A stretch of DNA of 64,000 nt from Syncephalis fuscata S228. Its lineage: Eukaryota > Fungi > Zoopagomycota. Each line of letters begins with the position of its first letter. Within the stretch, counting starts at the first letter, position 1. The DNA is taken from assembly GCA_025786725.1 (NCBI GenBank), contig JAHLTZ010000008.1, forward strand, positions 620,001-684,000, written 5' to 3'. The notes under the pieces are model-generated. The model searched no databases, was not told the origin of the DNA, and was given only the letters and a program-made list of their open reading frames with translations. Made by a program: the position numbers and the translations under genes. This document shows positions 1 through 12,668 of the stretch, in pieces.

Positions 1-2878
1 CGTATTTATTACAGCCAGCTAGTAGAGTCGAGAGATGCAGCTACAGCCGATCTACGAGAGCAAGTATTTAGAAACTATGGCCAATTCGTAGTTATTTCCA
101 AAGAAATTACCAATATCCTTGTTATACTTGTCAATAACTAACTGGCAGAGTGGAGATATGTAATAGCCTTAACTCGTCTTTGATACAGCTGGAAAGTGAT
201 ATGTTAATGTTACGCGATGCTATTACAGAGCTTAAAGACATCGGAGAAGAACTGAGCAAAGAAGGAGAACAGCAGGTGGAATGTAAGTAAAGACAGTGGC
301 TATGTAATAGTTTATTTACAGGCTACACACATAGCACATAGTAAATCGGGTCGTAAAGACAGATCTTCAGATAAAGTAAATAGTTATACGATAATTGTAT
401 ATTTAAAATATTAATATTGAATTAGAAAGATAAAACGGGTACAGACAACCAGAGTGACGAAACACCGGCTGAAATGCGTTGGATGGGTGATCTTTCTGAT
501 GAACTGGATGTTTATATTGCTCATCGGGAATTTGATGATGCTGTTGAGTGTGTCGAGAATGGTAATTGGTCATTATTGTAAAGTGTAATAGTAATGTTAA
601 TTATAATAGCTCAACACACGTAATGGCTTGGGAGAAGGAAGGCAAAGATTTTGATGAGATTACTGATAAAATTAAAGAAAGAAGCGAACGATTGAGTACA
701 ACTATTTGTGAGGATTTTAAAAATCCACTACTGACCCGCCAACAATTACAGCAACGTATTCAATGGCTATTGAGGATTGGATATAATGAAAAGGTAAAGA
801 GACGGCAAAGTATTAGATGAAATGTTAATATGTAATAAAAGGCACGTAGCAGCTTTTTATTCACTCGTACAGCTTTGATACGCGAAAGAACACGGTAAAT
901 ACAAGAGATGAATAGAATCAAGTTGAATAAATTAATGCTAACTACTATTATTATTATAACAGACAATTGTATCAACAGATGATGTGCTGTTGTATACTAG
1001 CAATTTGACAGTTATGCTATTTACATTGATTAAGCATAGCTGTTCGTGGTATAATCAGCTATTCCAGGATACGTCTACTGCCTCAGGTAAATGAGTCGTA
1101 ATAATATAGTTGTATCAATTGGCTGTAATGTATGTAAATTTGGTTTAGAATTTATGAAATGGGTTCAGTTGGAAATGGATTTCTTTGCAGAAAAATTTCG
1201 TCGACGAGTCTTCTTTGACCAGCAACCGTTTGATGTAATTGCTGAATGCATAAAATGCGCTTTAACTGAATGTGCTAAGGTTGGTTTATAAATACACAAT
1301 AAAATGACTATTGTTAACTACGACACTACCATATGCTATAGCTGCAAGATATTGGATTAGATATTTCTTTTCTGCTTGAACAGCTGTTAGTGAAGAATTT
1401 GAGTGAAGCCATTGAGTTGTATGAGAAGGTGTGCACCGATACATTGACTAGATCGCTACTAGAAGACCGATTCCGTATGACAGGTGTTGAGGTTGATGGC
1501 AGTAAGTTGATTTATTGTTCGATACAATGAATAATAATAATAATGGCAATAGGTACTGCTGTACAATTGACATCCAGTACGGCAAAACTGTATAAATTAA
1601 TCAATGACTTTTCTCGTGATATGAGTCTACTCTCCTCTGTTCCCGTAAGTAGTGGTCAATGACTAGAGACGCATGTTTGACGGTATTTTATGATAAATCC
1701 ATTGTCTGTAGATTTACAATACGGTGGTGAGCAGTATTTCTACCATCATAGAGCGATATCTTAAGCATATGCTGGCCACGTGTGAGGAATTGGAGCTCGA
1801 TGATCAACAGGTAGGCGATTATATAACAACATATGAATTGGTTAATGAACTGATAAATATATAGCGATTTGGTGTATTGGCCGATGCCGGATTTGTCCAA
1901 GAATACTTTTTGCCTCGTATTATTGCACAGGTCTCGGTAGGTTCAAACGACAAAGTTAAATACATACTAAGCCAACGATGTGATATAGAAAATGTTCCAT
2001 CGACCTGCACCAGAATTGCAGTCACTTAGAAACAGACTAGGTGGTAGGTATAACAGACATTAAAAATTGCCTATTTATATTTAACTATATGATTTATTAG
2101 GATTTCCATCGACATTGCAGGAAGTACTGTGTGTTCGAAAAGCTGCCATGCTATTGCGCAAAGCATATCCATTTGCCAGTGTCGATTATTCACAGGTAAA
2201 TATAAAGTTGCCTCATTTTAACAGTTTAACTGAAGTGTATTTGCGTATAAAGATGGAACCCGACGATAACTTTGGCAAGCCTACCAAAGATATTCACCAG
2301 CTAATTCATAGCTTACACAAAATGGCACTTGAAATTCGTCGCCATCCATTGGCTATGGATGCTGTAATGGCCAATGTATTGGAAGAGTTTTTCCGAGGTA
2401 TCGGTGATAGTAAGTAGTCGATTTAATACGGCCAAATAGTAAGATAGGTAGAATATAACGACACTAACCAATGCTGTCGAATAGCGGCATTTTGGGAAAC
2501 GGACAAAGAACCACGAAAATTTGGTTATGCTGGAGTGCAGCAGTTCGTACTGGATATACACTTTTTGTTAAAAGTGTGCGATGCGTATATATCAGACACG
2601 GCTGCTAGTGCCGGTAATGTCGTATGTGAACGAGCATTACGGCTGTATTTTGCACAGAATCGTCACTCTAAACGTACACTTCAGGTAGGTGCACATAATA
2701 ATGGCTATTTTATGGTGCCCTAACATCGATGTAATAGACGGGCGATTGGTATGACACTCATGTAAATGAGGCTATCCAAAGTTCTGGTAAAGGTGGGTAC
2801 AATAGTACAAGAATGAATTCGAGTCAACTAACCGCCACAGCTATAGAGGTGCGGCGTTTTGGAGAAGAAGCTATTTAG
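1..2878 (+). CDS. EXO84: Exocyst subunit Exo84/EXOC8-like, multi-exon, 5' truncated by window edge
   Basis: Spliced translation gives Vps51-type N-terminal segment LREQVFRNYGQFVVISKEITKLESDM, then WMGDLSDELDVYIAHREFDDAVECVE and C-terminal FGYAGVQQFVLDIHFL; stop TAG 2876-2878. Confidence 0.8.
113..186 (+). other. U12-type (minor spliceosome) AT-AC intron
   Basis: 5' ATATCCTT (113-120), branch site CCTTAAC (167-173), terminal AC (185-186); removal restores ...ISKEIT-K-LESDML in frame. Confidence 0.9.
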
Positions 2879-4092
2879 TAGTAATAAATGATGTTTTTTA
2901 ATATTACTTATTGATATACGTAAATAACTAATGTGTGCTTTATTGTTTTAACACAATTGTAATCAAGATACATGTGATTGATTATTGATCATTCTATTAT
3001 GCCAAAAACAACCTGCATGAATTGCGTATAGAGTAAAAAAGTCGATCTATTCGATGTAGCAGATACTTGATCAATAAAAATAGCCATTAAATATTCAATG
3101 CTACGTGCTACTGTTTACAATGAATAAATATATCTACAGTTTATTCAGATTGCAATAATATAGCGATATTTAGAATTATATATTATGTTAGCCTTTTCAC
3201 ATATAATTAAACAATAATGCGTAAACAAAGGTTGATTTGGATATATTATGTATTTAGCCTTAGTGTTTACACTTTATAATATGTAAAATATTTATTTTTA
3301 TCAAGTTAATGGTTTGGAATTGTTTTTTATTATATCTGGTATAAGCATGCCTCTATACGATTGTAATTACTACATTTCTGTATTTAAAAATAATACTAAT
3401 AAACATTTGTATTTGTGTAACACCAATTTACAGCTTTTTGCCTTGTTCTACTATCTTGAGTGTCAAATATGATTTAAAACTAAAAATATTGCTGATACTA
3501 CAAAGAATAGAATTTTATAAATAAAATCTCGTCATAGTTTATTACTAGTTGGCGCTATACACAAGGACGGCGTATTTTAAATATAGTACAAATGACTGGG
3601 GTCAATTACAGGTTAGCTGGTTATGCTGTATTGCCTACTATTTGGTTTGAAATATAATCCCAAAAACCTAAGGCAAAAATATCTCATTACTGTGTAACTA
3701 AATTGTATCCTTAATGTTTTAAAATACTAGACCTATTCTGTAACGCCATAACATATAGACAATGACACAAGGACTGCGTAGAATATTAGCGAATACTTTG
3801 CATGAAAATGGTCTGGGTCTTAGGCTGACTAGTAAGGCCTAACTCACTTTGGGGTCATCAATAATGCAACAGCAATCGATACTGGCTAACGTCGTAATAA
3901 AATTTGCATTATTGTCATTTCAAATCTACTTGTATAAAACCAGGAATAATTGTTTAATTTAAAGAAACCAATACGCACAACAACAACATTCTTGCCGATA
4001 ACAGCTGTGGCCACCACTGGTATAACGTCTATTGCCATTCCTTGCTTTAACAAAGCTATCTTGATTTTAGTTATTCTGCCAAATTTACCATC

Positions 4093-4680
4093 ATGAAGTT
4101 TTCATCTGCCTCTATTACCGGCCTTCTTGTCGCCGCCTTCTTCGCCGTCTCCACCAATTCTGCCGCGGTTCTGCCGTCATCTACCGATTTATCTTTGCCC
4201 AATGCTTCCATCCAACCGCTTGATCTGGGCCTAGCTGAAGAAGCCGATAGTTCTGAATTGGACCTATCCAGTTTTGCTTCGGCTAGTGGAAATATCGACT
4301 TTTCACCATGCGATTCTGGAAAACAATACGCAATCAAAGTTCAATCCGTCTCGCTAGATCCAAATCCACCACGTTTCAACAGCCTCCTTAAGGTAACGGT
4401 CGGTGGCGACATCCAGACCGCAATTAACAATGGTGCTACAGCCTATGCCGAGGGTAAAGTTGGTTTGATCAAGTTTACCAAGGTTATTAATGTGTGCGGA
4501 GAGGCGCAAAAGAATAACGGAATCAGCTGCCCGATTGCTCCAAGTAATCGACAAATCACCGTCGGTGTTCAATTACCAAAGGTTCTGATTTCCGTGACCG
4601 CCAATCTTCAAGTTAAGGTTGTAAATCCTGGCAATCAGGAGTTATTCTGCTTCAAAACCAAAGTTCACATTAAGCATTAA
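4093..4680 (+). CDS. Secreted ML-domain (NPC2 / PG-PI transfer protein-like) lipid-binding protein
   Basis: Intronless 195 aa ORF with signal peptide; FSPCDSG...VQSVSLDPNPP...INVC...SCPI...ELFCF Cys pattern typical of ML domains. Confidence 0.85.
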   Translation: MKFSSASITGLLVAAFFAVSTNSAAVLPSSTDLSLPNASIQPLDLGLAEEADSSELDLSSFASASGNIDFSPCDSGKQYAIKVQSVSLDPNPPRFNSLLKVTVGGDIQTAINNGATAYAEGKVGLIKFTKVINVCGEAQKNNGISCPIAPSNRQITVGVQLPKVLISVTANLQVKVVNPGNQELFCFKTKVHIKH

Positions 4681-5156
4681 GAAGTATATATATATATGGC
4701 TATACAATAACATTTAATAAACAATGTCTTTTGGTGCCAAATATTAATTAATAAAATTATAATTATAATTATAATATGGTTTAATACAATGGAATTGATC
4801 AGTTTTAACAAAATTCAAATAGTGTGTAAAATATTTGGTATAAATAAATGCTTTACAGCCTGGATCAGTGCTGTTAGATTAGATATGTAACAAATGGTAT
4901 TGATAGTCATGTAATAAACTATCGTCTATTTATTCTTGAATACTGTATATACAAGAATTGTTTAATCAATATTATAATTACTCATAATAATTAGTACATA
5001 TTGCTATAAGCAATCTAGCTATTGATGTCAAAAGTTTAGAGAATATGGTATTATTAAGTTTTAAAAGAAATTTTATTGCTGTTTTACTATTATTAAGCAA
5101 AAGATTATTTTCTTTGGAGCATTGGTATGTAGTATTATATGGAACACATTGCAATG

Positions 5157-7221
5157 TTACTCTGCCTCTGAAATACTGTTATTAGCTTGCACTTCTGACC
5201 AGCGTCGAGGACGAATAAAGCAACTTCCAACACCGGCAATAGCTGTACATGGAATCAAAGAAAGAAATAATAAATGGAAAGCTTTGACAATTCCATGAAT
5301 AGCTGAAGCTCGAGTGTCTGAGGGAAGGTTGTTGATATCGTCCAACGATCCAGCTATACCACTGCCGCCCTATATCTTTATTAATTATATTTATTTACTA
5401 TTACTAATTGTTAAATACCGAATCAGCCGTAGAAATATTTAATTCTGGAGCATATTTTGCCACTGCATTATCAAATACAGATCCTGATATAGCCAAGCCA
5501 ATGGTGGCTCCTATAACTAGAAAAAACGAGCAAAGCATAGTAGCCACTGCAATATCTGTGCTGCAATGTTAGTCAAAAGCAACATAAATAATACTCTAAA
5601 TTACCTTTACCGTTGCAGGCAGCTTGTGCTGCAAGATATGTCGATTGAACGAGCATTCCAATCCCAATACCGCCCAGGATTAAAATGCACATTTCTGATG
5701 CCATTTTTGGTTTTTCCCAAAATGTCATGGTTAGTCCCATTGTTATAGTTAGAATAAAAAATCCACTAGCAAGTGTAACTGGAAAAATCCATGCTCCTAA
5801 TCGGCCAATTCCAATTGTAGTCACAGCCGTAAAGATACAGCTAACAATCATAAGCGGAATTAATATGATGCCAGCCTGCGTGGCTGTTTTATTGCGCACA
5901 AGCTAAATAGAGCTGAATTAATCGGTATTTAATTTACAAACTGCATCAAGTTCTGAAATTACCTGGTAAAACAGTGGAATATAGTAAACTAATGTGAACT
6001 CGACCCAACCTGCCATGAAAGATGACACCATGCTTATTGCGACACTTCGCGACTTAAGGATAGAGCCGGGAATAAATGGTTCATTGGCATACCATCCTTC
6101 AACCCAGATAAACGCTACGCCTACGACAGCGGAAGCGCAAAGAAGCCCAATAATTACTGGCGAATTCCATGAATATTGGTTTCCGCCCCATCCAAGTGCT
6201 AAAAGTGCCGATGAAACAGCCATAAATAGCAGAATAGCTCCCAGGTAATCGATACGTTTTAATTTTGATCGAATGGATCCTTGTATTGGAGGTGTATCGA
6301 AACCAAATATGATTATCAATAAAGAAATTGCACCAATGGGCAAATTAATGTAAAACTAGTATTTTAATTTAGTGTAGTCAAATGGCACCATCATTAGCTA
6401 CTTACCGCCCAGCGCCAAGTTACGTGGTCTGTAAAAATTCCGCCTAAAAGTGGACCAAAAGAAGCACTGATCGCAAAAATGGCTCCGATCCAACCTTGCA
6501 ACATAGAACTGCGCTGTGGTGTAAATAATGCTATTATTAAACACAAAATAAATAACAGTAGATGGTGCAAAGAAGTAGCTAGATTACCTGTTATTATAAG
6601 CAATGCCAAAGCATACATACTTTCGCCACCAATACCTGAGACGGCGCGAAAACCAATTAACATCTCCATGCTGGTCGATAAAGCACAGCCTAACGAGCCA
6701 CCCAAAAACATAACCAAGGAAAATATAAATATCGGTTTCATACCAAAGATATCCGTTAGTCGACCGTAGACCGGTGTTACCGCTGCTGTGGTCAAAAGGT
6801 AGACACTACCGATCCAGGAGACGTTTCCCAAGCTGTTGAAATCGGATGCAATTCGTGGGATGGCCGTGGCAACCACTGTCTGGTCAAGTGAGCAAAGAAA
6901 TACGGCAAGCGCCAGTCCAGCAAAAATAATAAAAGTGCGTCCAAGCGATATTTCCTCTTTACTCAACTGTTGCTGTTTCTGCTTTTCTCCACTTTCCAAG
7001 GATAGCTCCCAGTTGAGACTTAACGCCGATATTCTGTTTCCGGTGCGTGATGAAGTTAAGGGCATTCCAGCAACCGAGACAAAGCTATGCCCAGCCCCAA
7101 TTTGTGCGTTGTCACTAACAAGCGTGGCATGATTTGGGGTTTTATCCAATTCAATAGAGCTGATCTGTATTGTATTGGATGGTGATTTGGTTTCTCCTTC
7201 ATTATTAATAATTTTGGACAT
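5157..7221 (-). CDS. MFS drug:H+ antiporter (DHA2, 14-TM family), multi-exon
   Basis: Motifs FLCSLDQTVVATAIPRIASDF, WIGSVYLL, YGRLTDIFG, GPLLGGIFTDHVTWRW, IDYLG, WGGNQYSWNS across ORFs 6394-7260, 5918-6343, 5573-5899, 5157-5345. Confidence 0.9.
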
Positions 7222-7941
7222 AATCTGAAAAATAAAGATTATTGTTTTAAAATTAAGCAACCAATAGCTTTGTTCGTGATAATAAATGTTTCGTGATTAA
7301 TTACAAAATAAAATAGTAACAGTAATGCTGATTAAGCTATTTTAAATACTATTATTGCTATTTACCACTTCTTATTGGTATGTATAGACGCGGTTAAAAC
7401 CGCTTGCCGCTATACTAGCTAAACAACCAAATATGCAAATGCTGTACTAAATTAAATATTTGTTCAAGAAAAACAACGCTTTGGTATAAAATAGGGCCTA
7501 TTAAACCATTAAATCACTGTTGCAATTATGAATAGAAACAAAATCAAATAGTCAATGGTTAAAAGCGAGCTACAATTGTGCCACTTATACATATTTACTT
7601 ATATGTTTTCGAATTAAAAATTTGAGGTTAGCAACGAATCGTTTTAATAATACACGAGCAAAAGTAATGATTGGTTCGACTTTTACTATAATCCCGGAAA
7701 AGATGCGTGCACGCTTGGCATACCAAAGTGATAATATAAGTAAATATGAATTTTCAGGCAATATCGATTATTTCGGCTAAATATTCCCATAAAAGATATA
7801 GCTATGCATTTGGTATTAAACATTGGGTATATTATTGTAAATCAGTAATTTAATCAATAAATCGGCAACAATAACAATTCAATAACATTAATGTGATTGC
7901 CATTATTATGCGTTTGCTTGTTTACAATAGTAGTCTAATGT

Positions 7942-9186
7942 TTAGATTCTTGCTCCCATCATTTGCTCATAATGTACTCCAATCTGACTGATTATTTGCT
8001 CAGGGATCATTCTGTTAGCTTGCAGCGGTTCAAACAGCTTGTCTATTGCTCTACGTAGTACTGGGAATTGTTCCTGGTAGATGGAGTGCAATTCCTTGGT
8101 GGATTTTTAAACTCTGGATAGTAATGCTTGTTATTACTCTGAACCCATTCTAGTCTTCTTTCGTAGTCGATCCGTTCCATTGAAGTACCGCCGTTAGGGC
8201 CGCCGCCACCGTATGGAAATATGCCGTTCAAATAATCGTACATTGTAACTGCAATTGCCCACGAATCAACCTTGCGCCAGTCTCCTGATGGTGGATTGCC
8301 TAAAAGTGTTTCCGGGCTACAGGTTCCAAATGTATTGCACTTGAGTTTGCCTACGTGTGTAATAGCCATGTCTACCGATAAATCAAAATCAATTATTTTG
8401 ATATAAGGAGTACCATCCTCGTCTTTATAAACAAGAATATCTATTATATGAATTATAAGCTTTATATTCGAGACTGCTAAAAATAACCTACTTTCCAATT
8501 TAATATCGGCATGTGCAATTTTCAAGCAGTGTAGATAAGATATGCCTAAATAAGCTTGGTAAGCCACGTTTACAGTATAATGAATATTTTGTGCATTTAC
8601 CAACTGTTAATTGCTGAAATATGTGCATTGCATATTTATAGCGATCTACGGGTTTTTGTAAAAAATGAAACGTGAACAAATCCATCATATCATGTCGACT
8701 AGATGTAACAGTACAGCCGTAATTATTTTCTGTCACAAAACTGTCGTATAATTTCAAAAAAAGTCTATTGGTCCAGGTTGGCAGATTGCACTTGAATGAA
8801 CTTGATATAGCTGTTTCTATCCTCTGTTCAAAGCATTAGTGGTGTATTTCAATCGTTTGTTGTTAACATACCTTCAGAAACTTCAGCTCAGTTGTGTACC
8901 ATTCGCTTTCGCGTATACACTTTATAAAAGCAGGCTTGCTGTCTATGTCTAATTTGGCCGTGTAAACGCCATTTTTCTGCGCGGCCCAGCCTTCCTTGGG
9001 TATATAAAGTCTATTGCTGATTATAGGTAAACTTTTGTAAGTTGGATCGTCATAGCGAAGAGTTTTAAAGGGCGATTCTAATGGTGTACTTTTTCCAGCA
9101 TAAGTATTTGGAATATTTCTAAGTAGTATGAATGATGTGATTACGACGGTGGAAATTGAAAAAAATATGCGTCGCATGGCTAACAT
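7942..9186 (-). CDS. Divergent protein kinase with N-terminal signal-peptide-like segment; one apparent frameshift near 8100
   Basis: Kinase motifs AFIK, HADIKLE, IIDFD, GT..PE, KVDSWAIAV; subdomain XI-like FPVLRRAIDKLFEPLQANRMIPEQI in the shifted frame ending TAA at 7942; hydrophobic N-terminus MRRIFFSISTVVITSFILL. Confidence 0.75.
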
Positions 9187-9711
9187 AACGGAAAAACAGA
9201 TTTAGCTGCAAAAGCGGTGTATAATAAAGCTACAAACCCCCCATTAAATTGCTGCTATTTATAAAAAAACCTCGCTTGGCAGTGATCTCTAAGACTATAT
9301 TTTTATATTTATTTTCTGGACTCCGTTATCAGAATACAAAAGATAAGGAAGTGTGATTGAAATTACTCCAGTCTTAAACGAGAATTGGGATAGTCTTTTT
9401 TGTTAAAAGTCCGCACATCTAGAAATCGTCATTAAAAAGCAGCATGTTTCTCCACGTGGAGCTCTACAGCTTTATAAAACAGGTAATTGTCCCAGTTAAA
9501 GAAAAGCGTGCTAACTTCATAATAAATTAAGCATGGCCAAGTTTGATGGCGATGTGCATACGGTATTGAGAAAACTAAACAAGCTGATAGGCTGCTTTTT
9601 GTCATAATCTAATTATGAATTTAAATGATGCAATTGTTTTGCCGTAACTTTTTCAATTTTCATGCAATAAATGTTGAAAAATAAACGTGGTTTATTACGG
9701 ATAATATTGAA

Positions 9712-10745
9712 TTACGATTTGGCATATCGCTTCACATTGCGCTGATTAAGATCGTTAATAACATTCATAAACATGTCATAATCATTAAAATAGTAATCGA
9801 TTTTAATGCGGTGAATCGAATGAAATATGTCGTCATATATGTCGGCCACTTCTTTCAAACGAGTATTTGCATTCCGTGCAAGTGATTCAAGGCAGATATA
9901 CGGTTTTCCCTTTGTAAAAAGATCGATCAAAGCTTGTATGACATTAAAATCATATCCATAATCAATACATTGCCAAAGTTTAACATCTGGAGCTGTTGTC
10001 TTGGCATGTTCTCTGTAGGCATTAACCAACTCATCGACATTCTTTGTTCTACGCGTATATCCCCAGCTTCCTTCAAAATATTCAGTTCGATTAAGTGCCC
10101 AGCGTGGACGTTGGCTCATTTCAATGCCAGATAGTGCTTTGCCAAAAAAGACGACCACCTGTTTGTTGCTCTTAATCATCTCTCCCAGAGTCGGCCATGG
10201 TTCATTGGCATTCAAGCGTTCAAAAAGCTTTCCGGGCAGGTACTGATTAAGTTTAGCCATAATACCTTGAATTGTTGTTTTTTCATTACCATCGTAATCG
10301 CCATACTCCAAAATAATCACTTCATTTGGTTTTTCACAAGAAATTGCTTTACATGTTGTAGATGTTCGTCCAGTGTTGTTCCAAGTGCACGTGTCCCCTT
10401 CTCGCCATGACAAGTAAGTACTTCGTTATTGCTGGCGACACAGGTATCAATATCAAATAAGCGGATGCCATCATTCAATTGTTCACGAAGAAAATATCTT
10501 GGCTGGTTTTCCCAAAAACAACTAGCAAATGATTTGCTCATTCCTTCGCATTTTCCAGTCATAGGACAGCCGACGTGTAAATCATAAGCGGCAGAGTTGT
10601 GCGTTCCCGGGAAAGTGTATCGATTAAATGGCAAATCACAATAGTCGGCTGATCCATTACATATCATGGGCACATTAGCAGGTTCGACTAAACTGGTCAG
10701 GGATAGAACTGTTGCTGCCAACACAAACAAACTAAATGATTGCAT
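9712..10745 (-). CDS. Secreted PLC-like phosphodiesterase (PI-PLC X-domain-like); frameshift near 10330
   Basis: Signal peptide MQSFSLFVLAATVLSL; CNGSADYCDLPFNRYTFPGTHNS, ENQ...EQLNDGIRLFDID, LTCHG, then NPNEVIIL after a 1-nt shift. Confidence 0.85.
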
Positions 10746-11629
10746 GTTAATATCGTTATTCAAAAAGTGCTGCGTAAATTTATAGAGATAAGTAAAATTA
10801 GACAAACCAAGGCGTCGGGTGTTCATCGAAGCTGATATTAATGAATATAAAATAGCGACAAGGCATCGGTACATTGTAAAAAGAGGCACGTTGTTCCACC
10901 GATGTTTCATAGGCATATTTTCTTCGTTAACCAAGAACTTTTACTCGTCAATTAAACCTGCCAACAAGCAGAAAATTACCGAATAATTAAGGGCTATTGC
11001 CGTAGAGCGATATGATAAAACGTCATAGAATTGCAACAGGCCGCTACCCTTTCGCGTATTTGCTTAATAATCCCATAAAATTTACACCAACAAATTGTAA
11101 ATAAAGCATGTCTAATAGCAATTCACTGTTTTGTTTATTTATCGACAAGCCTGCTATTTCATTGTATTTGTTATTGTTTACAAACACGAATGTAATATAG
11201 ATATTGTAAATCATATTAATTGTAAACTAGGAAAGCACACTCAATATGCGTCCCCTTTTCATTGATTATTCAGTCGATACTTAATCATAAATTGTATTCA
11301 TATTGTAAATATTGCGCAGCACTTGTTATAATAATTATATTTTTATTGGATTAAACTCTATCATAAGTTTTTATGATTGTGTAATATGTGTATCAAATAT
11401 TCGAGTTTTTTAATTGTTTTGTATTTATGTTTTATTTGTTAAAATTGAATTATCATGGTGACCATCATCTTTAATTTATAAACGCATACAATTATTCATT
11501 AGTATAAATACAAAAATGCAATAAAAATCAAAATAGCTATAGATTAACCAAGCATAAATCATATTGCTACACACTGTATATAATTAATAAAACTCTTTAT
11601 AAACGATATAATACACAGTAGTCATAAGC

Positions 11630-12540
11630 CTACTTGCTTGACGAAGGAATAAGACTTTGTAATTGCTGTTCTAATTTTTCCAACTGCTCATCACTAAGTC
11701 GTTCTAGATCCACAGTAAATTCATCTATTAAAATCATTTAGTAATTAATTAACAACAACAAAATAAAACTAGCCACCGACCTTGTTTGTCAGAAGACGAA
11801 TTAACCAAAGCATCGTTTTCCTCAAGAAATTTCGTAACATTTGCTAATGCTTCATCCGATAACTTTTGTAGCTGAGTCTCTACAAGATCCAATAATTTCT
11901 AAATATCCATGAATTAGTGCCAATAATCACGACTATACTATAGATTCACCTTTCGTCCCCCATAAGCACTACTAGACACTAGAGATGTTTTTGGTGTTTT
12001 CCTAGCTACTTGGTGATGTTTACAAGGTGGCGATGACGCATCTTCCGAATCACTTGTCTCACAAACATCCTCATATTCCTTAATATTATTAAGTCATTAG
12101 TTATATCTATAGATCGATAGGTGCTATCACTTACCAATTCAATTGATGACTCGTAGACACTATAGTCAAAACGTAGATCATGAATAAATGTAAATGGCCG
12201 AACATTGCCATGAAAGAATATAGATATGGGCACTTCAAATCCGCCCCAGCCAATCTCCTCCACTTTAAACGGCGACTGTGTCGCACCTATACTGCTAATA
12301 AGCTGCCGCTACCATCAGCTAATAAGCACTTACATCGATTTGGTCGGTCAAAATCTTCATGTAACGAAAAACAACTTTACTAACAAACGGCATTCGATCG
12401 TCTAACCGACCGCCTTCCGCTTCAAATAAAGCGATCTGCCATTTTCTCCATGGAAATTGCTCAGCAAAGAATTCTCGGTCGGTCAAGATGTCATTCCGTG
12501 TAATAACGTGTATTTTCTTACGAATGATACGTGATGACAT
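11630..12540 (-). CDS. YEATS-domain chromatin protein with C-terminal ET-like domain (Taf14/Sas5-like)
   Basis: WRKWQIAL, FVSKVVF(R)LHEDF, PFKVEEIGWGGFEVPISIFF, HDLRF; C-terminal EFTVDLERLSDEQLEKL; one frameshift near 12365. Confidence 0.8.
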
Positions 12541-12668
12541 GATGTAAACTTAATAGAAACAACAGCAAGTAGAATCAATGTTGCAACACAGTAACTTGTA
12601 AACAAAACACGTGCAATTAAATGTTGTCTCGTTTAGTGGAGCTCATTTCTTTTTCTTTCTCCTCTACA

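Noticed and set aside
3706-3716. Second U12-like donor GTATCCTT
   Set aside because: Intergenic; no flanking exons or matching branch site.
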